From Spirochaetota bacterium (GTDB taxonomy: Bacteria; Spirochaetota; UBA4802; JAGODF01), in assembly GCA_029974015.1 (NCBI GenBank), contig JARKUF010000014.1, forward strand, positions 217 to 64,216: a DNA stretch of 64,000 nucleotides, written 5' to 3'. The translations under genes were made by a program, and so were the position numbers. Positions 17,512 through 26,997 of this stretch are shown here, in pieces. The notes under the pieces were generated by a model that ran no database searches, was not told the origin of the DNA, and was given only the letters and a program-made list of their open reading frames with translations. Each line of letters starts with the position of its first letter. Position 1 is the first letter of the stretch.

Positions 17512-19938
17512 ATGGTTAGACGGATCGAAAAGGCAGCTGTAATCGGTTCCGGTATCATGGGTGGAGGAATCGCTGCTCTATGCGCCAGTGCCGGTATACC
17601 TACTCTGCTGCTGGACATCGTACCCTTCGATTTGAAACCCGAGGAGAAAAGCAATCCCGATGCCCGCAACAGGATCGTGAAAGCCGGACTCGATGGGGCG
17701 AAGAAGGCTAAGCCCGGTCTTTTCATGGACAAAAAAGTTGACCCGGACATGATCACGATCGGAAACCTGGAAGACGATTTCGACAAACTCAAGGATGTCG
17801 ACATCATCTTCGAAGTGGTAGTTGAGAACCTTAAAATCAAACAGGACCTTTTTGCGCGCGTTGAAAAGGTGATTAAACCCACCTGCATTATCGCATCGAA
17901 CACCTCCGGCCTTCCACTGGCGAAAATGGCCGAAGGCAGGGGAAAATTGTTCAAAGAAAATTTTCTCATCATGCACTTCTTCAATCCGGTCCGTTACATG
18001 AAGCTCCTGGAGCTGGTAAAGGGCCCCGACACAAGTGATGAAGTGTGTAAGTTTGTCGAGCAGTGGGGCGAAAAAGTACTTGGCAAAGGCATCGTATGGG
18101 CGAAGGACACGCCGAACTTTATCGGAAACCGCATCGGCGTATATTTCATCGCCGAAGCCTTCCGCCTCCTTGAAAAATCCGATGTGACCATTCCCGAAGT
18201 TGACGCCATGTTTGGCCCCACCTTCGGTCTACCCAAGACCGCGGTGTTTGCCCTGGCCGACCTCGTCGGTCTCGATACCATCGGGCACCTCTCGGATAAT
18301 TCTTACGAACTCCTTCCGAACGATGAAGAACGTGAAGTCTACAAGATTCCCCAGTTTGTGAAGGACATGCTCGCGAAAAAGATGTTCGGCAACAAGACCA
18401 AGGACCAGGGCGGCTTCTACAAATCCGAAGTCGACATGGCTACCTGGAAAAAGATCAAAAAGGCCCTCGACATCAAGACCGGGGAGCACAAAGAATTCGA
18501 CAGGAAGGCAGTCGTTCCCGAGTGCGCCAAGAAGGCGAAGGAAGCGAAGACCCTTTCAGACAAACAGAAGTCGATCCTTTATGGAGACGACAAGGCTTCC
18601 AAATTCGCATGGAACCTCATTTCCAAGGCCGCCATCTACACGGCCAATAGAATTCCTGAAATATCCGACACAATCGTTGGCATCGACAACGCCATGAGGT
18701 GGGGATATGCCTGGGAAGCAGGCCCCTTCGAAATGTGGGACAATATCGGCCTTGAGGAATCCGTAAAGAAAATGGAAGCAGACGGATTGAAGGTCCCCGA
18801 AAGCATCAAGAAGATGCTCTCCAAGGGCAACAAGACCTTCTACAAGATCGAGGGCGGTAAAAAGTATTTCTACGACCTCTTGAAGCAGGAGTACAAGCCG
18901 GTCATTTTCAGCGAGAATTGCCTCTTTCTGGATGTTTACAAGGCCGACAAGAAGAACATCGTTAAGTCAAACGATTCCTGCTCTCTCATCGACATAGGCG
19001 ACGGAGTTTTTAACCTTGAGTTCCATTCCAAAATGAACGCCATCAATAAGAACATGGTTGATTTCATGGCCGTTGCCGGTGATTACGTATACAACAACGG
19101 AGTCGGCATGGTCATTGGAAACCAGGCCCCGGGCATCCCCGGCGCATTCTCGGCCGGCGGCGACCTCGCTTACATGCTTGGCCTCGCAAGGGCCGGTAAG
19201 TTCAGCGAGATCGACGGGTTCATCAGGGAAGTCCACAAGGGGATTATGGGCACCCGTTACGCCCCATTCCCCGTTGTAGCGGCCCCGTATGGTATGACTC
19301 TTGGCGGAGGATGTGAAGTTTGCCTTGCAGCCGACAAGATCGTTGCCCACTGTGAGCTGTACATGGGCCTCGTCGAGATCGGGGCCGGGCTTGTTCCTGG
19401 CGGATGCGGCATGATCAACCTCTGGAGAAAGTTCATGGATTCGGTCCCCGGGCCCGCCAAGGTCACGGACCTCGGCGGATATTTCGTGCCGGCATTCATG
19501 AACGTCGCCCAGGCGAAGGTGTCCATGTCTGCGGCGGAAGCCCGCGCAAACGGCTTCCTCGGGCCAAATGACAGGATCGTCTACAACAAGGACTATATCA
19601 TCGGCGAAGCTAAGAAGGAAGTCCTTAAAATGCTCGACGAAGGGTATACTCCCCCAAGGAAGAAGAAGATCCCCGTCATGGGAGGCGAAGCCTTAGGCAT
19701 GATCTATGCTGAAATGCTTAACATGAAGAACGGCGGCTACATCACTCCGCACATGGAAACTATTGCGAAGAAGATCGCCTTCTGCATGTCCGGCGGCCTC
19801 GTGCAGGGCGGCACACCGGTCGAAGAAGAATACCTGATGACGCTTGAAAGAGAAGCCTTCGTCGAACTGTGGAAGACCGAAAACACCCAGAAGATGGCCG
19901 AGCATATCATGAATACCGGCAAGCCGCTCATGATATAA
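17512..19938 (+). CDS. Fused 3-hydroxyacyl-CoA dehydrogenase / enoyl-CoA hydratase (FadN/FadJ-like)
   Basis: 808 aa. N-terminal NAD-binding Rossmann motif VIGSGIMGGGIAALCA (HACD domain). C-terminal crotonase-fold region (GGGCEVCLAAD). RBS AGGAGG 6 nt upstream of the ATG. Confidence 0.85.
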   Translation: MVRRIEKAAVIGSGIMGGGIAALCASAGIPTLLLDIVPFDLKPEEKSNPDARNRIVKAGLDGAKKAKPGLFMDKKVDPDMITIGNLEDDFDKLKDVDIIFEVVVENLKIKQDLFARVEKVIKPTCIIASNTSGLPLAKMAEGRGKLFKENFLIMHFFNPVRYMKLLELVKGPDTSDEVCKFVEQWGEKVLGKGIVWAKDTPNFIGNRIGVYFIAEAFRLLEKSDVTIPEVDAMFGPTFGLPKTAVFALADLVGLDTIGHLSDNSYELLPNDEEREVYKIPQFVKDMLAKKMFGNKTKDQGGFYKSEVDMATWKKIKKALDIKTGEHKEFDRKAVVPECAKKAKEAKTLSDKQKSILYGDDKASKFAWNLISKAAIYTANRIPEISDTIVGIDNAMRWGYAWEAGPFEMWDNIGLEESVKKMEADGLKVPESIKKMLSKGNKTFYKIEGGKKYFYDLLKQEYKPVIFSENCLFLDVYKADKKNIVKSNDSCSLIDIGDGVFNLEFHSKMNAINKNMVDFMAVAGDYVYNNGVGMVIGNQAPGIPGAFSAGGDLAYMLGLARAGKFSEIDGFIREVHKGIMGTRYAPFPVVAAPYGMTLGGGCEVCLAADKIVAHCELYMGLVEIGAGLVPGGCGMINLWRKFMDSVPGPAKVTDLGGYFVPAFMNVAQAKVSMSAAEARANGFLGPNDRIVYNKDYIIGEAKKEVLKMLDEGYTPPRKKKIPVMGGEALGMIYAEMLNMKNGGYITPHMETIAKKIAFCMSGGLVQGGTPVEEEYLMTLEREAFVELWKTENTQKMAEHIMNTGKPLMI

Positions 19939-19956
19939 CTGGTCGGATAATTTACC

Positions 19957-21174
19957 TTGGAGGAAAATATGAGAGAAGCGTATATAGTAACTTCAGTAAG
20001 AACTCCTGGTTGCAGAAGAAACAAGGGCGCTTTCGCACACACCCGTCCCGAGGACCTTCTTGTAACAGCACTTAACGGCCTTATGGAAAGGTCCAAGGGA
20101 GTTGAAAAGGGAGCCATAGAAGATATAATGATCGGTTGTGCTTTCCCGGAAGCCGAACAGGGGCTGAATATAGGCCGTGTGGCCGCACAGATCGCAAAAT
20201 TTCCCGACAGCGTGTGCGGCGCCACTGTCAACAGGTTCTGCTCCTCCGGCCTTGAAGCGATCGCGCTCCAGGCCATGAGGATCAAATGCGGCTGGTGCGA
20301 CGTTGCCATCGGCGGCGGCCTCGAGTCGATGACGATCGTTCCCATGGGCGGAAACATGCCCAGACCCCATCCCGAGTGGGCGATGGAAAACCCCGACGTC
20401 TACATCTCCATGGGCATCACAGCGGAGAACGTTGCGAAAAGGTACAACATCACCCGGGAGATGCAGGACGAGTTCGCCTACCATTCAAACATGAAGGCGG
20501 CAGCGGCGCAGGAGAAGGGCCTCTACACTGAAATCGTTCCCACTCCCGCCGTATCGTACAAGATGAAAGACGGGAAATACGTGAAAGAAATCAAGATGCA
20601 GGATTTTGATGATGGGGTCCGTAAGGAGACCACGATTGAAGGGCTCAAGAAGTTAAGGCCCGCCTTCGCCTCCACCGGCTCCGTTACCGCCGGCAACTCT
20701 TCCCAGACCACTGACGGCGCCGCTGCGACGCTTCTTATGAGCGAAGATGCGGTGAAGAAGTACGGCGTGAAGCCCATAGCCAAGCTGGTAGCATACACCG
20801 TTGCTGGTTGCAGGGCCGATGAAATGGGTGTAGGTCCTGCCTACGCTGTTCCGAAGCTCCTCAAGATGGTGGGCCTTAAGGCCACCGACATTGGGCTTTA
20901 CGAGCTGAATGAAGCCTTCGCTTCCCAGTGCATTTACAGCGCACAGCAAATCGGCATTGCCGACAGGAAGAACTGGGCCTCCGACAGCGACTCCAGGATA
21001 ATCAACGTCAACGGCGGCGCCATTGCACTCGGACATCCCCTGGGATGCACCGGCGCAAAATTGGCGTCACAGCTCATGACGATGATGCAGAAGAAAGGAG
21101 CCAAGTACGGCATAGAGTCTATGTGCATAGGCGGCGGCATGGGTGCCGCGGCGCTCTTCGAGCTCTGCGAGTAA
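19957..21174 (+). CDS. fadA: Acetyl-CoA C-acyltransferase (thiolase)
   Basis: 405 aa. Thiolase motifs VNRFCSSGLEAI (active-site Cys), NEAFASQ and GHPLGCTGA. 18 nt downstream of the FadN-like gene. Confidence 0.9.
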   Translation: MEENMREAYIVTSVRTPGCRRNKGAFAHTRPEDLLVTALNGLMERSKGVEKGAIEDIMIGCAFPEAEQGLNIGRVAAQIAKFPDSVCGATVNRFCSSGLEAIALQAMRIKCGWCDVAIGGGLESMTIVPMGGNMPRPHPEWAMENPDVYISMGITAENVAKRYNITREMQDEFAYHSNMKAAAAQEKGLYTEIVPTPAVSYKMKDGKYVKEIKMQDFDDGVRKETTIEGLKKLRPAFASTGSVTAGNSSQTTDGAAATLLMSEDAVKKYGVKPIAKLVAYTVAGCRADEMGVGPAYAVPKLLKMVGLKATDIGLYELNEAFASQCIYSAQQIGIADRKNWASDSDSRIINVNGGAIALGHPLGCTGAKLASQLMTMMQKKGAKYGIESMCIGGGMGAAALFELCE

Positions 21175-21196
21175 TTAGCCGAATAAAAAAACATCG

Positions 21197-21228
21197 AAAG
21201 GGCCGCCGGATGGCGGCCCTTTCTTTTT
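21197..21228 (+). terminator. Rho-independent terminator after the thiolase gene
   Basis: aagggccgcc ggat ggcggccctt forms a 10-bp GC-rich stem and is followed by tcttttt. Confidence 0.75.
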
Positions 21229-21364
21229 AAACTCCCAGCAGTGGAGCGTTAAAAGAAAGCAAGGAGGGGCTTACGCCCTCCCCCAATGGGATTTTCTATT
21301 TTTTCGTTGTGGTATACATGCTATTTTGAATTGCAAAATTTCTTCGGCACTTCAATAATAAGCC

Positions 21365-22111
21365 ATGAAAACGATTTCACTCTTTGCCATTGCAGTCTTG
21401 GCTATTGCAGCCAATACCTCCTTCCCGGAAGGCGAAGACCCTTTGATGCGCGTAAAAGCCGTACACGAAAAAATCCGCACCATAGATTGCACTATCGAAC
21501 AATTCATTCACGATGGCGGCTCCGTATCGAGATACGCTGGCAGATTAAGGGCTGACTCATCGGGACGTTTCAGGATCGATTACCGAGAACCGTCACAACA
21601 AACGGTTGTCGCTACATCAAATTCACTCCTCTGGTACATAAAAGACACCGCGACTCTGTACGTTATTCCTTCAAATAATCCGAAAACGGCTGGGACCTCC
21701 CTCGGAATGACGGGAAGTTTTATAAAAAAAATAGACGAATCCATGAAAATCCAGTATCTCGGCACCGGGTTTCATGGTTTTTTTACGGCGGTACACCGTT
21801 TTATACTCCTGGACCGCTCCACAGGGCTTAAAATTGAGATGTCAACTGGAATAAAAGACAACGTTATTTTAGAAAAAAAAATACGTGACAGAGATGGCAG
21901 AGAGGTAATGCGTGAAATATACGGAGATTACCGGGACATAGATTCAATGAAATTCCCGCACAGGGTGGATGTCTTTGCCCTCACCGGGCGAGGTGTCGTA
22001 AGGAGCATCTCGAAATATAAAAACGTTGTTCTTAATTCTAACATTTCTAAACGAAACTTCGTCTTGAAAGTACCGGCAAAGACAAAAGTCTTGACGTACG
22101 GCCCGGAATGA
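21365..22111 (+). CDS. LolA-like outer-membrane lipoprotein carrier family protein
   Basis: 248 aa with a signal peptide and beta-rich composition (RVKAVHEKIRTIDCTIEQF...). Overall resemblance to the LolA/LolB fold. Its stop overlaps the next gene's ATG (ATGA). Confidence 0.5.
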   Translation: MKTISLFAIAVLAIAANTSFPEGEDPLMRVKAVHEKIRTIDCTIEQFIHDGGSVSRYAGRLRADSSGRFRIDYREPSQQTVVATSNSLLWYIKDTATLYVIPSNNPKTAGTSLGMTGSFIKKIDESMKIQYLGTGFHGFFTAVHRFILLDRSTGLKIEMSTGIKDNVILEKKIRDRDGREVMREIYGDYRDIDSMKFPHRVDVFALTGRGVVRSISKYKNVVLNSNISKRNFVLKVPAKTKVLTYGPE

Positions 22112-23532
22112 AAGCTGCCGTGGAAATAATCAGGAAACTGTGTATTCTCTTCCTGATCACACTTTACTTTCAGGGAACAGCCTCAGCAGACGGCGATTCT
22201 GTTATTTTTACTGGCAACACTATTGATATAGGGCTAAGAGAGCTTGCGAAAGGAATAACGGCCGCTTCTTCAAAAAGGGACCTGGAATCACTTGCGGCTG
22301 CAGTGACGGACCGGTACCATAAACTTGGATATACCACCACCATGGTGGAAAAAATTCATGTCAGAAAAGACGGTATTGTGGAAATTGCGATCAGGGAATC
22401 AAAAATTGCCGAAATCACAGTTAGAGGCGTCTCGGACGGCATTGCGAAGTCCATTTGCGCGATACTGCGGCCCTCTGAGGGAGAGCTGTATAATGTCCAT
22501 GTCCTGCGCAGCAGGTCCATGGAGGTCCGTCGCAGGTTAGATATTTCCTCCATAAAAATCCGCGTTCTGAACCGAGACGGCAGCGAAGATGTATCCCTGG
22601 TCGTTACGGCGCGGAGACCATTGTGGGGGACTTTTCGTGGAGAGATGTTGTATGAGCCGATCTACGGTCTTTCTCCTTTCATCGAATACAGGCAGAAAAT
22701 GGCTCAATGCTCTTTAACATTACATGGAAATGCCGGCGTACGTCAGAGTGAATTCAGAAAAAAAGAGGGGGTTTTAAGATTCTCCGTTGAAACATTCGAC
22801 AGATGTCAAATCTTCGCGGACTTCGGGTGGACCGGAAAAACCGATGTCTGGGAAAGCGCCCATACCGAATATCATGAGCGGACCCACAGACCATCTGTCG
22901 GCATGAATGTTCAAAGCGGAGGATTTGTTTTTGAGCTTTCGTTCGTACAAAGCAGCATCCATCTCCGTGACTATCCTTCCGGAGAAGACGACCATTCGGA
23001 GCTCTTCGTAAAGGCATCAGCGGCATATCGGGAGACCGATATTCTTCTGCCGGGAATGGACGGGAAAAGCTTTGCCATATCGGCATCATCCGGGAAAAGC
23101 TCACTTTTGGAAGGGTACTTTATGAAAGGTGAAGCAATGGGAGTCACATCATGGTCGCCGGCGGTATGGCTCACTTTCCGTTCAAAGTTTATTGGACAGT
23201 ACGTTTCCGCACATGAGCGCTACTACATGTTCTACGTATTTGACCGCTTCCTTCCCGGGTTTGCGGACGATTTTACCTCCACTACAGCAAGGTTATTGTT
23301 GGGAGTTGAATCGGAATTTGAAGTATATCCGGACACAGTCTATCTGGCGCCCCTGGTTAACGGTGGAAGGTTCCGAAGCGAAGCAGGCCCTTCCTGGTAT
23401 AATGCCGTGGGATCAGGAATTAGTATATCCGTGCGAATCGGCACTTTCGGCTTTCAGGCCGTTTACGCCTGGGACATACAAGGGAATATGAAAGACGGAT
23501 CGTTCCTTATGACGGCGAACGGCACTTTTTAG
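22108..23532 (+). CDS. POTRA-domain outer-membrane beta-barrel protein (Omp85/TpsB superfamily)
   Basis: 474 aa with a signal peptide. POTRA-like segment (DRYHKLGYTTTMVEKIHVRKDGIVEIAIRESKIAEITVRG). C-terminal beta-barrel ending in aromatic ...MTANGTF. Confidence 0.6.
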   Translation: MKAAVEIIRKLCILFLITLYFQGTASADGDSVIFTGNTIDIGLRELAKGITAASSKRDLESLAAAVTDRYHKLGYTTTMVEKIHVRKDGIVEIAIRESKIAEITVRGVSDGIAKSICAILRPSEGELYNVHVLRSRSMEVRRRLDISSIKIRVLNRDGSEDVSLVVTARRPLWGTFRGEMLYEPIYGLSPFIEYRQKMAQCSLTLHGNAGVRQSEFRKKEGVLRFSVETFDRCQIFADFGWTGKTDVWESAHTEYHERTHRPSVGMNVQSGGFVFELSFVQSSIHLRDYPSGEDDHSELFVKASAAYRETDILLPGMDGKSFAISASSGKSSLLEGYFMKGEAMGVTSWSPAVWLTFRSKFIGQYVSAHERYYMFYVFDRFLPGFADDFTSTTARLLLGVESEFEVYPDTVYLAPLVNGGRFRSEAGPSWYNAVGSGISISVRIGTFGFQAVYAWDIQGNMKDGSFLMTANGTF

Positions 23533-23539
23533 GAATGCA

Positions 23540-24022
23540 ATGAACAGGGAAAAAGGAACAGTGGTTGAAGTCAGGGGCGGCAAAGCAATTGTCGAAACTT
23601 CCGGTGGCGAAGCCTGCGCTTCATGTTCGGCGCGCCATGCGTGTGTCAGCATGGGTGGAACTAAAAAAATTACTATGGAGAACAAATCAGGTGCCGCAGC
23701 GGGAGACGAAGTGGAATTTGTTATACATGACCTGGGAATGTTGTTGTCTTCTATTATTGTGTACGGGGTTCCCCTGATATTCCTTGTTATTGGCATTGTA
23801 ATCGGACCAATGATCGGAAGTTTGGCAGGTTTAGGTGAAGAGCCATCAGCCGCCATTGGAGGGATTTTAGGGACGGCTCTCGCTCTGGGAATCATTCGGC
23901 TGCTTCACTTAGCCGTGGGCAAAAACCGGGTTTTCACCCCAGTAATGCTGAGAATCACTCACAGGCGTGGGCAAACGTCTAAAAATGTAAATAACGCGGG
24001 AGAATATACCGACAATACATAA
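23540..24022 (+). CDS. rseC: RseC/MucC family sigma-E regulatory protein
   Basis: 160 aa. N-terminal GTVVEVRGGKAIVETSGGEACASCSARHAC followed by two TM helices. Classic RseC layout. Confidence 0.75.
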   Translation: MNREKGTVVEVRGGKAIVETSGGEACASCSARHACVSMGGTKKITMENKSGAAAGDEVEFVIHDLGMLLSSIIVYGVPLIFLVIGIVIGPMIGSLAGLGEEPSAAIGGILGTALALGIIRLLHLAVGKNRVFTPVMLRITHRRGQTSKNVNNAGEYTDNT

Positions 24023-24023
24023 T

Positions 24024-24140
24024 AGGTTTGTTTGCCCGCAAAAGGTGGGCGGATAAACATTATATTTCGAGGTTACCTTCTGGCAAAGTCAGAATTATGC
24101 CTTCCCCCCCGCCGAAGGCGGTCGGGGAAACTTAATTGGA
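24024..24140. repeat. Degenerate modular hairpin repeat (copy R9)
   Basis: ggtttgtttgcccgcaaaaggtgggcggataaac + attatatttcgaggttacc + tggcaaagtcagaattatgcc + hairpin ttcccccccgccGAAGgcggtcggggaaa + cttaattggag. Confidence 0.7.
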
Positions 24141-24583
24141 GTTTTCCCAAAAAATATGATTTCTTATCCACCATGAAGAAAAAAGGACGCCATGGGAAAG
24201 AAAATCTTGGATTTAACCGCCTACAAGATCGAAAAATCGCTTAAAGAAGAAGGCTTTATCATTAAAATCGACAAAAAAAAGAAGATTAAGCTCCTTTTGA
24301 GAATAACCCGTTGATTTTCCTTTTTTTTATTCCAACCACAAATCATGCTTGCCTTTCAGGTTAATACAGTATAGGTATCAAAAATTCACTGTGAACAGAA
24401 CACCGTGCTTTTCTTTTTTTATAGTTTGATAGTGTCGTGTGTAAAGCCTTATCCTGCTTTTATGCGCCTTGACTGACGAGGTGGCCAAACTGCTTCTACT
24501 GGATTTCCGAGGCCCCTATGGCATGGACCCCGGATATTGTATAAGGCGGTGAAGTAAAAATATATTGCATCGGACTGGTTACC

Positions 24584-25084
24584 ATGAGCAACAATATCGA
24601 AGATAACAGGGATGCCCTTAAAAAGGAGCTTGAAAAACTCAAGTACGAGTTCAAGATAGAATTGCCGAAAAAAATAGCAGAGGCCCGTGCGTATGGCGAC
24701 CTGCGCGAAAATGCTGAATACCACGCGGCCAGGGAGCGTCAGTCTTTCGTCAAAGCCCGCATAGGCCAGCTTGCCGATCAGTTGAGCAAGTTAAATAATA
24801 TTGACCTGTCGCGCATCAGCTCCGATTGCATTGGATTTGGCTCGACCATTATTGTTATTGACAATGACTCCGGCGAGGAATTGGAGTTGTCGTTCGTATC
24901 CCCTAACGAAGTTAACCCCTCGGAGGGGAAAATTTCCCTCTCCTCCCCTATAGGTCAGGCCCTCAACAACAAGTCAGTTGGCGATGTGGTAGTAGTGGAT
25001 ATCCCCGCGGGAAAGCGCACTTTCCTCGTACAAAAGTTAATAACGATCCACGGCAATATTTTCGATATCGCTGAAAAAGAATAA
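24584..25084 (+). CDS. greA: Transcription elongation factor GreA
   Basis: 166 aa. GreA N-terminal coiled coil with EARAYGDLRENAEYHAARERQSFV, and C-terminal FKBP-like domain. Confidence 0.9.
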   Translation: MSNNIEDNRDALKKELEKLKYEFKIELPKKIAEARAYGDLRENAEYHAARERQSFVKARIGQLADQLSKLNNIDLSRISSDCIGFGSTIIVIDNDSGEELELSFVSPNEVNPSEGKISLSSPIGQALNNKSVGDVVVVDIPAGKRTFLVQKLITIHGNIFDIAEKE

Positions 25085-25109
25085 TAAACGTAGGACGGTA
25101 AAAAGTCTC

Positions 25110-26330
25110 ATGGCGACAATCAAAGAATTCAAGGGCCTAAGGCCTAAACAGGGCATGGAAGAGAAGGTGGCGGAGCTACCCTACGATGTGATAAGCTCCG
25201 ACGAAGCCAGGAAGATTGCGGAACGTAATGAGTTCAGTTTTTTTCATATAACAAAACCGGAAGTAGATCTTCCTGCCGGCTTGGATATTTACGATGACAG
25301 GGTATACGCCAAAGGGAAGGAGAACCTTGAAAGATTCATCTCCAACGGCACACTGCGCCGTGATGACTCGAACAATCTGTATCTATACTCGCTTGTCATG
25401 GAGGGACGCCTCCAGACCGGCCTCGTGGCCTGCGTTAGTATCGACGATTATCTTAAAGACATCGTTAAGAAACACGAGCTTACAAGGAAAGACAAGGAAC
25501 TCGACAGAACCAACCATATCGACCGTCTGGGGGCCCAGGCCGGTCTCGTATTCCTACTCTACGAGGAAGACGGTTCCAGGGCGGGGCTCATCGAAAAAGC
25601 CATGGCGGAAAAACCGGTGAACGATTTTACGACTTCCGACGGGATTCGTCATACGGTCCGCGTGATACACGACCCGGCGCTCATTCAAGCTCTGAAGAAA
25701 TCATTTGCCGGGACCACTCTCTACATCGCAGACGGCCACCACAGGGCAGCGTCTTCTGTCACGGTGGGTTTGAAGCGGCGTGAATCCGCAGGCGGAGAAA
25801 ACGGCGAGCATGGGTATTTCATCGCCGCGCTTTTCCCACATAATGAACTTACCATCCTTGCCTACAACAGGGTGGTACGTGATCTGAATGGTCTTGACGC
25901 TGATGGATTCATCAATGCCGTAAAAAAACGTTTCACGTGCAAAATAACAGGGAAAGATATGCCTGCGGCTAAACACGATGTCAGCATGTATCTAAATGGA
26001 GAATGGTACACCCTTACGCCCAACTTCCCCATACCGAACGACCCGATTGCGTCCCTGGACGTAAAAATTTTGCAGGATAATATCCTCAATCCGATTCTCG
26101 GCATAAATGATCCAAGGACGAGTACGCGCATTGACTTCATAGGAGGGATTAAAGGAACAGGCGAGTTGAAGAAACTCGTCGATAAAGGGGATTTTACCGT
26201 TGCATTTTCAATGTATCCCACTTCCGTTTTGGATCTTATTTCGGTATCGGATTCGGGGGGGATAATGCCGCCGAAATCGACCTGGTTTGAACCGAAATTG
26301 AGGAGCGGGCTCATTATCCATGAAATATAG
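25110..26330 (+). CDS. DUF1015 family protein
   Basis: 406 aa with the characteristic LYIADGHHRAASS motif. Confidence 0.75.
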   Translation: MATIKEFKGLRPKQGMEEKVAELPYDVISSDEARKIAERNEFSFFHITKPEVDLPAGLDIYDDRVYAKGKENLERFISNGTLRRDDSNNLYLYSLVMEGRLQTGLVACVSIDDYLKDIVKKHELTRKDKELDRTNHIDRLGAQAGLVFLLYEEDGSRAGLIEKAMAEKPVNDFTTSDGIRHTVRVIHDPALIQALKKSFAGTTLYIADGHHRAASSVTVGLKRRESAGGENGEHGYFIAALFPHNELTILAYNRVVRDLNGLDADGFINAVKKRFTCKITGKDMPAAKHDVSMYLNGEWYTLTPNFPIPNDPIASLDVKILQDNILNPILGINDPRTSTRIDFIGGIKGTGELKKLVDKGDFTVAFSMYPTSVLDLISVSDSGGIMPPKSTWFEPKLRSGLIIHEI

Positions 26331-26371
26331 CGGATGAAGAAATGGTTGGTGCTGCAATCGGCGGGATAACT

Positions 26372-26444
<73 letters not shown>

Positions 26445-26562
26445 GCACTTGAGTAACGTTACATTGTTTAAGAGGGCGCTATTTGTCAATATTTTTTTAC
26501 AATTTCAAATTCAATGCCCAAATAGAGGTGCAAAATCCTCTTAAAATAAATCGGGAGGAGGC

Positions 26563-26886
26563 ATGGATATAAGTGCAGACAACAGCCGCTTGAAAAAAGA
26601 AAACGACCTTCTACAGCATGAACTCGAAAACTGCAGAAAAATGATACTCGGATTTGAAAAAGTCCTCAAATTGACTGAGAAAGAAATTCTTAACGCCGAA
26701 GAAATTATCAAGATGTACGAAAACATCGTGGAATTCGCCCGCAATGAGCTTATTCTGGCAACAGAAACTGTGAAAGCGCAGGAAAGCGCATCGTATTTAA
26801 GCCGACAGGAGCTAATGAACGCCCTGTCCAGGATAAGGGAACTAGAAGAGCAGAACAGGAAATATAGAGTACTGAAAGGTAAATAA
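26563..26886 (+). CDS. Small coiled-coil protein
   Basis: 107 aa, heptad-rich (LKKENDLLQHELENCRKMILGFEKVLKLTEKEIL...). RBS GGAGG upstream. First gene beyond tRNA-Ala. Confidence 0.5.
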   Translation: MDISADNSRLKKENDLLQHELENCRKMILGFEKVLKLTEKEILNAEEIIKMYENIVEFARNELILATETVKAQESASYLSRQELMNALSRIRELEEQNRKYRVLKGK

Positions 26887-26997
26887 ATACCTTTCAAAGG
26901 AAATAATTTTGTACGATAATATTATTACCTGAATTGCCAGAATCAGTGATATACTACGTTCTATCGATACGGAATTTTCATTTTGGGTTAAGATTGT

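Noticed and set aside
24032-24244. 70-aa ORF spanning repeat copy R9
   Set aside because: It is encoded mostly by the repeat sequence itself (equivalent ORFs would then exist at every copy), is Arg-rich, and has no RBS.
24370-24395. LexA-box-like 'cactgtgaacag' upstream of greA
   Set aside because: Spacing is CTGT-N2-ACAG, not the CTGT-N8-ACAG of the E. coli-type SOS box. The resemblance is likely coincidental.
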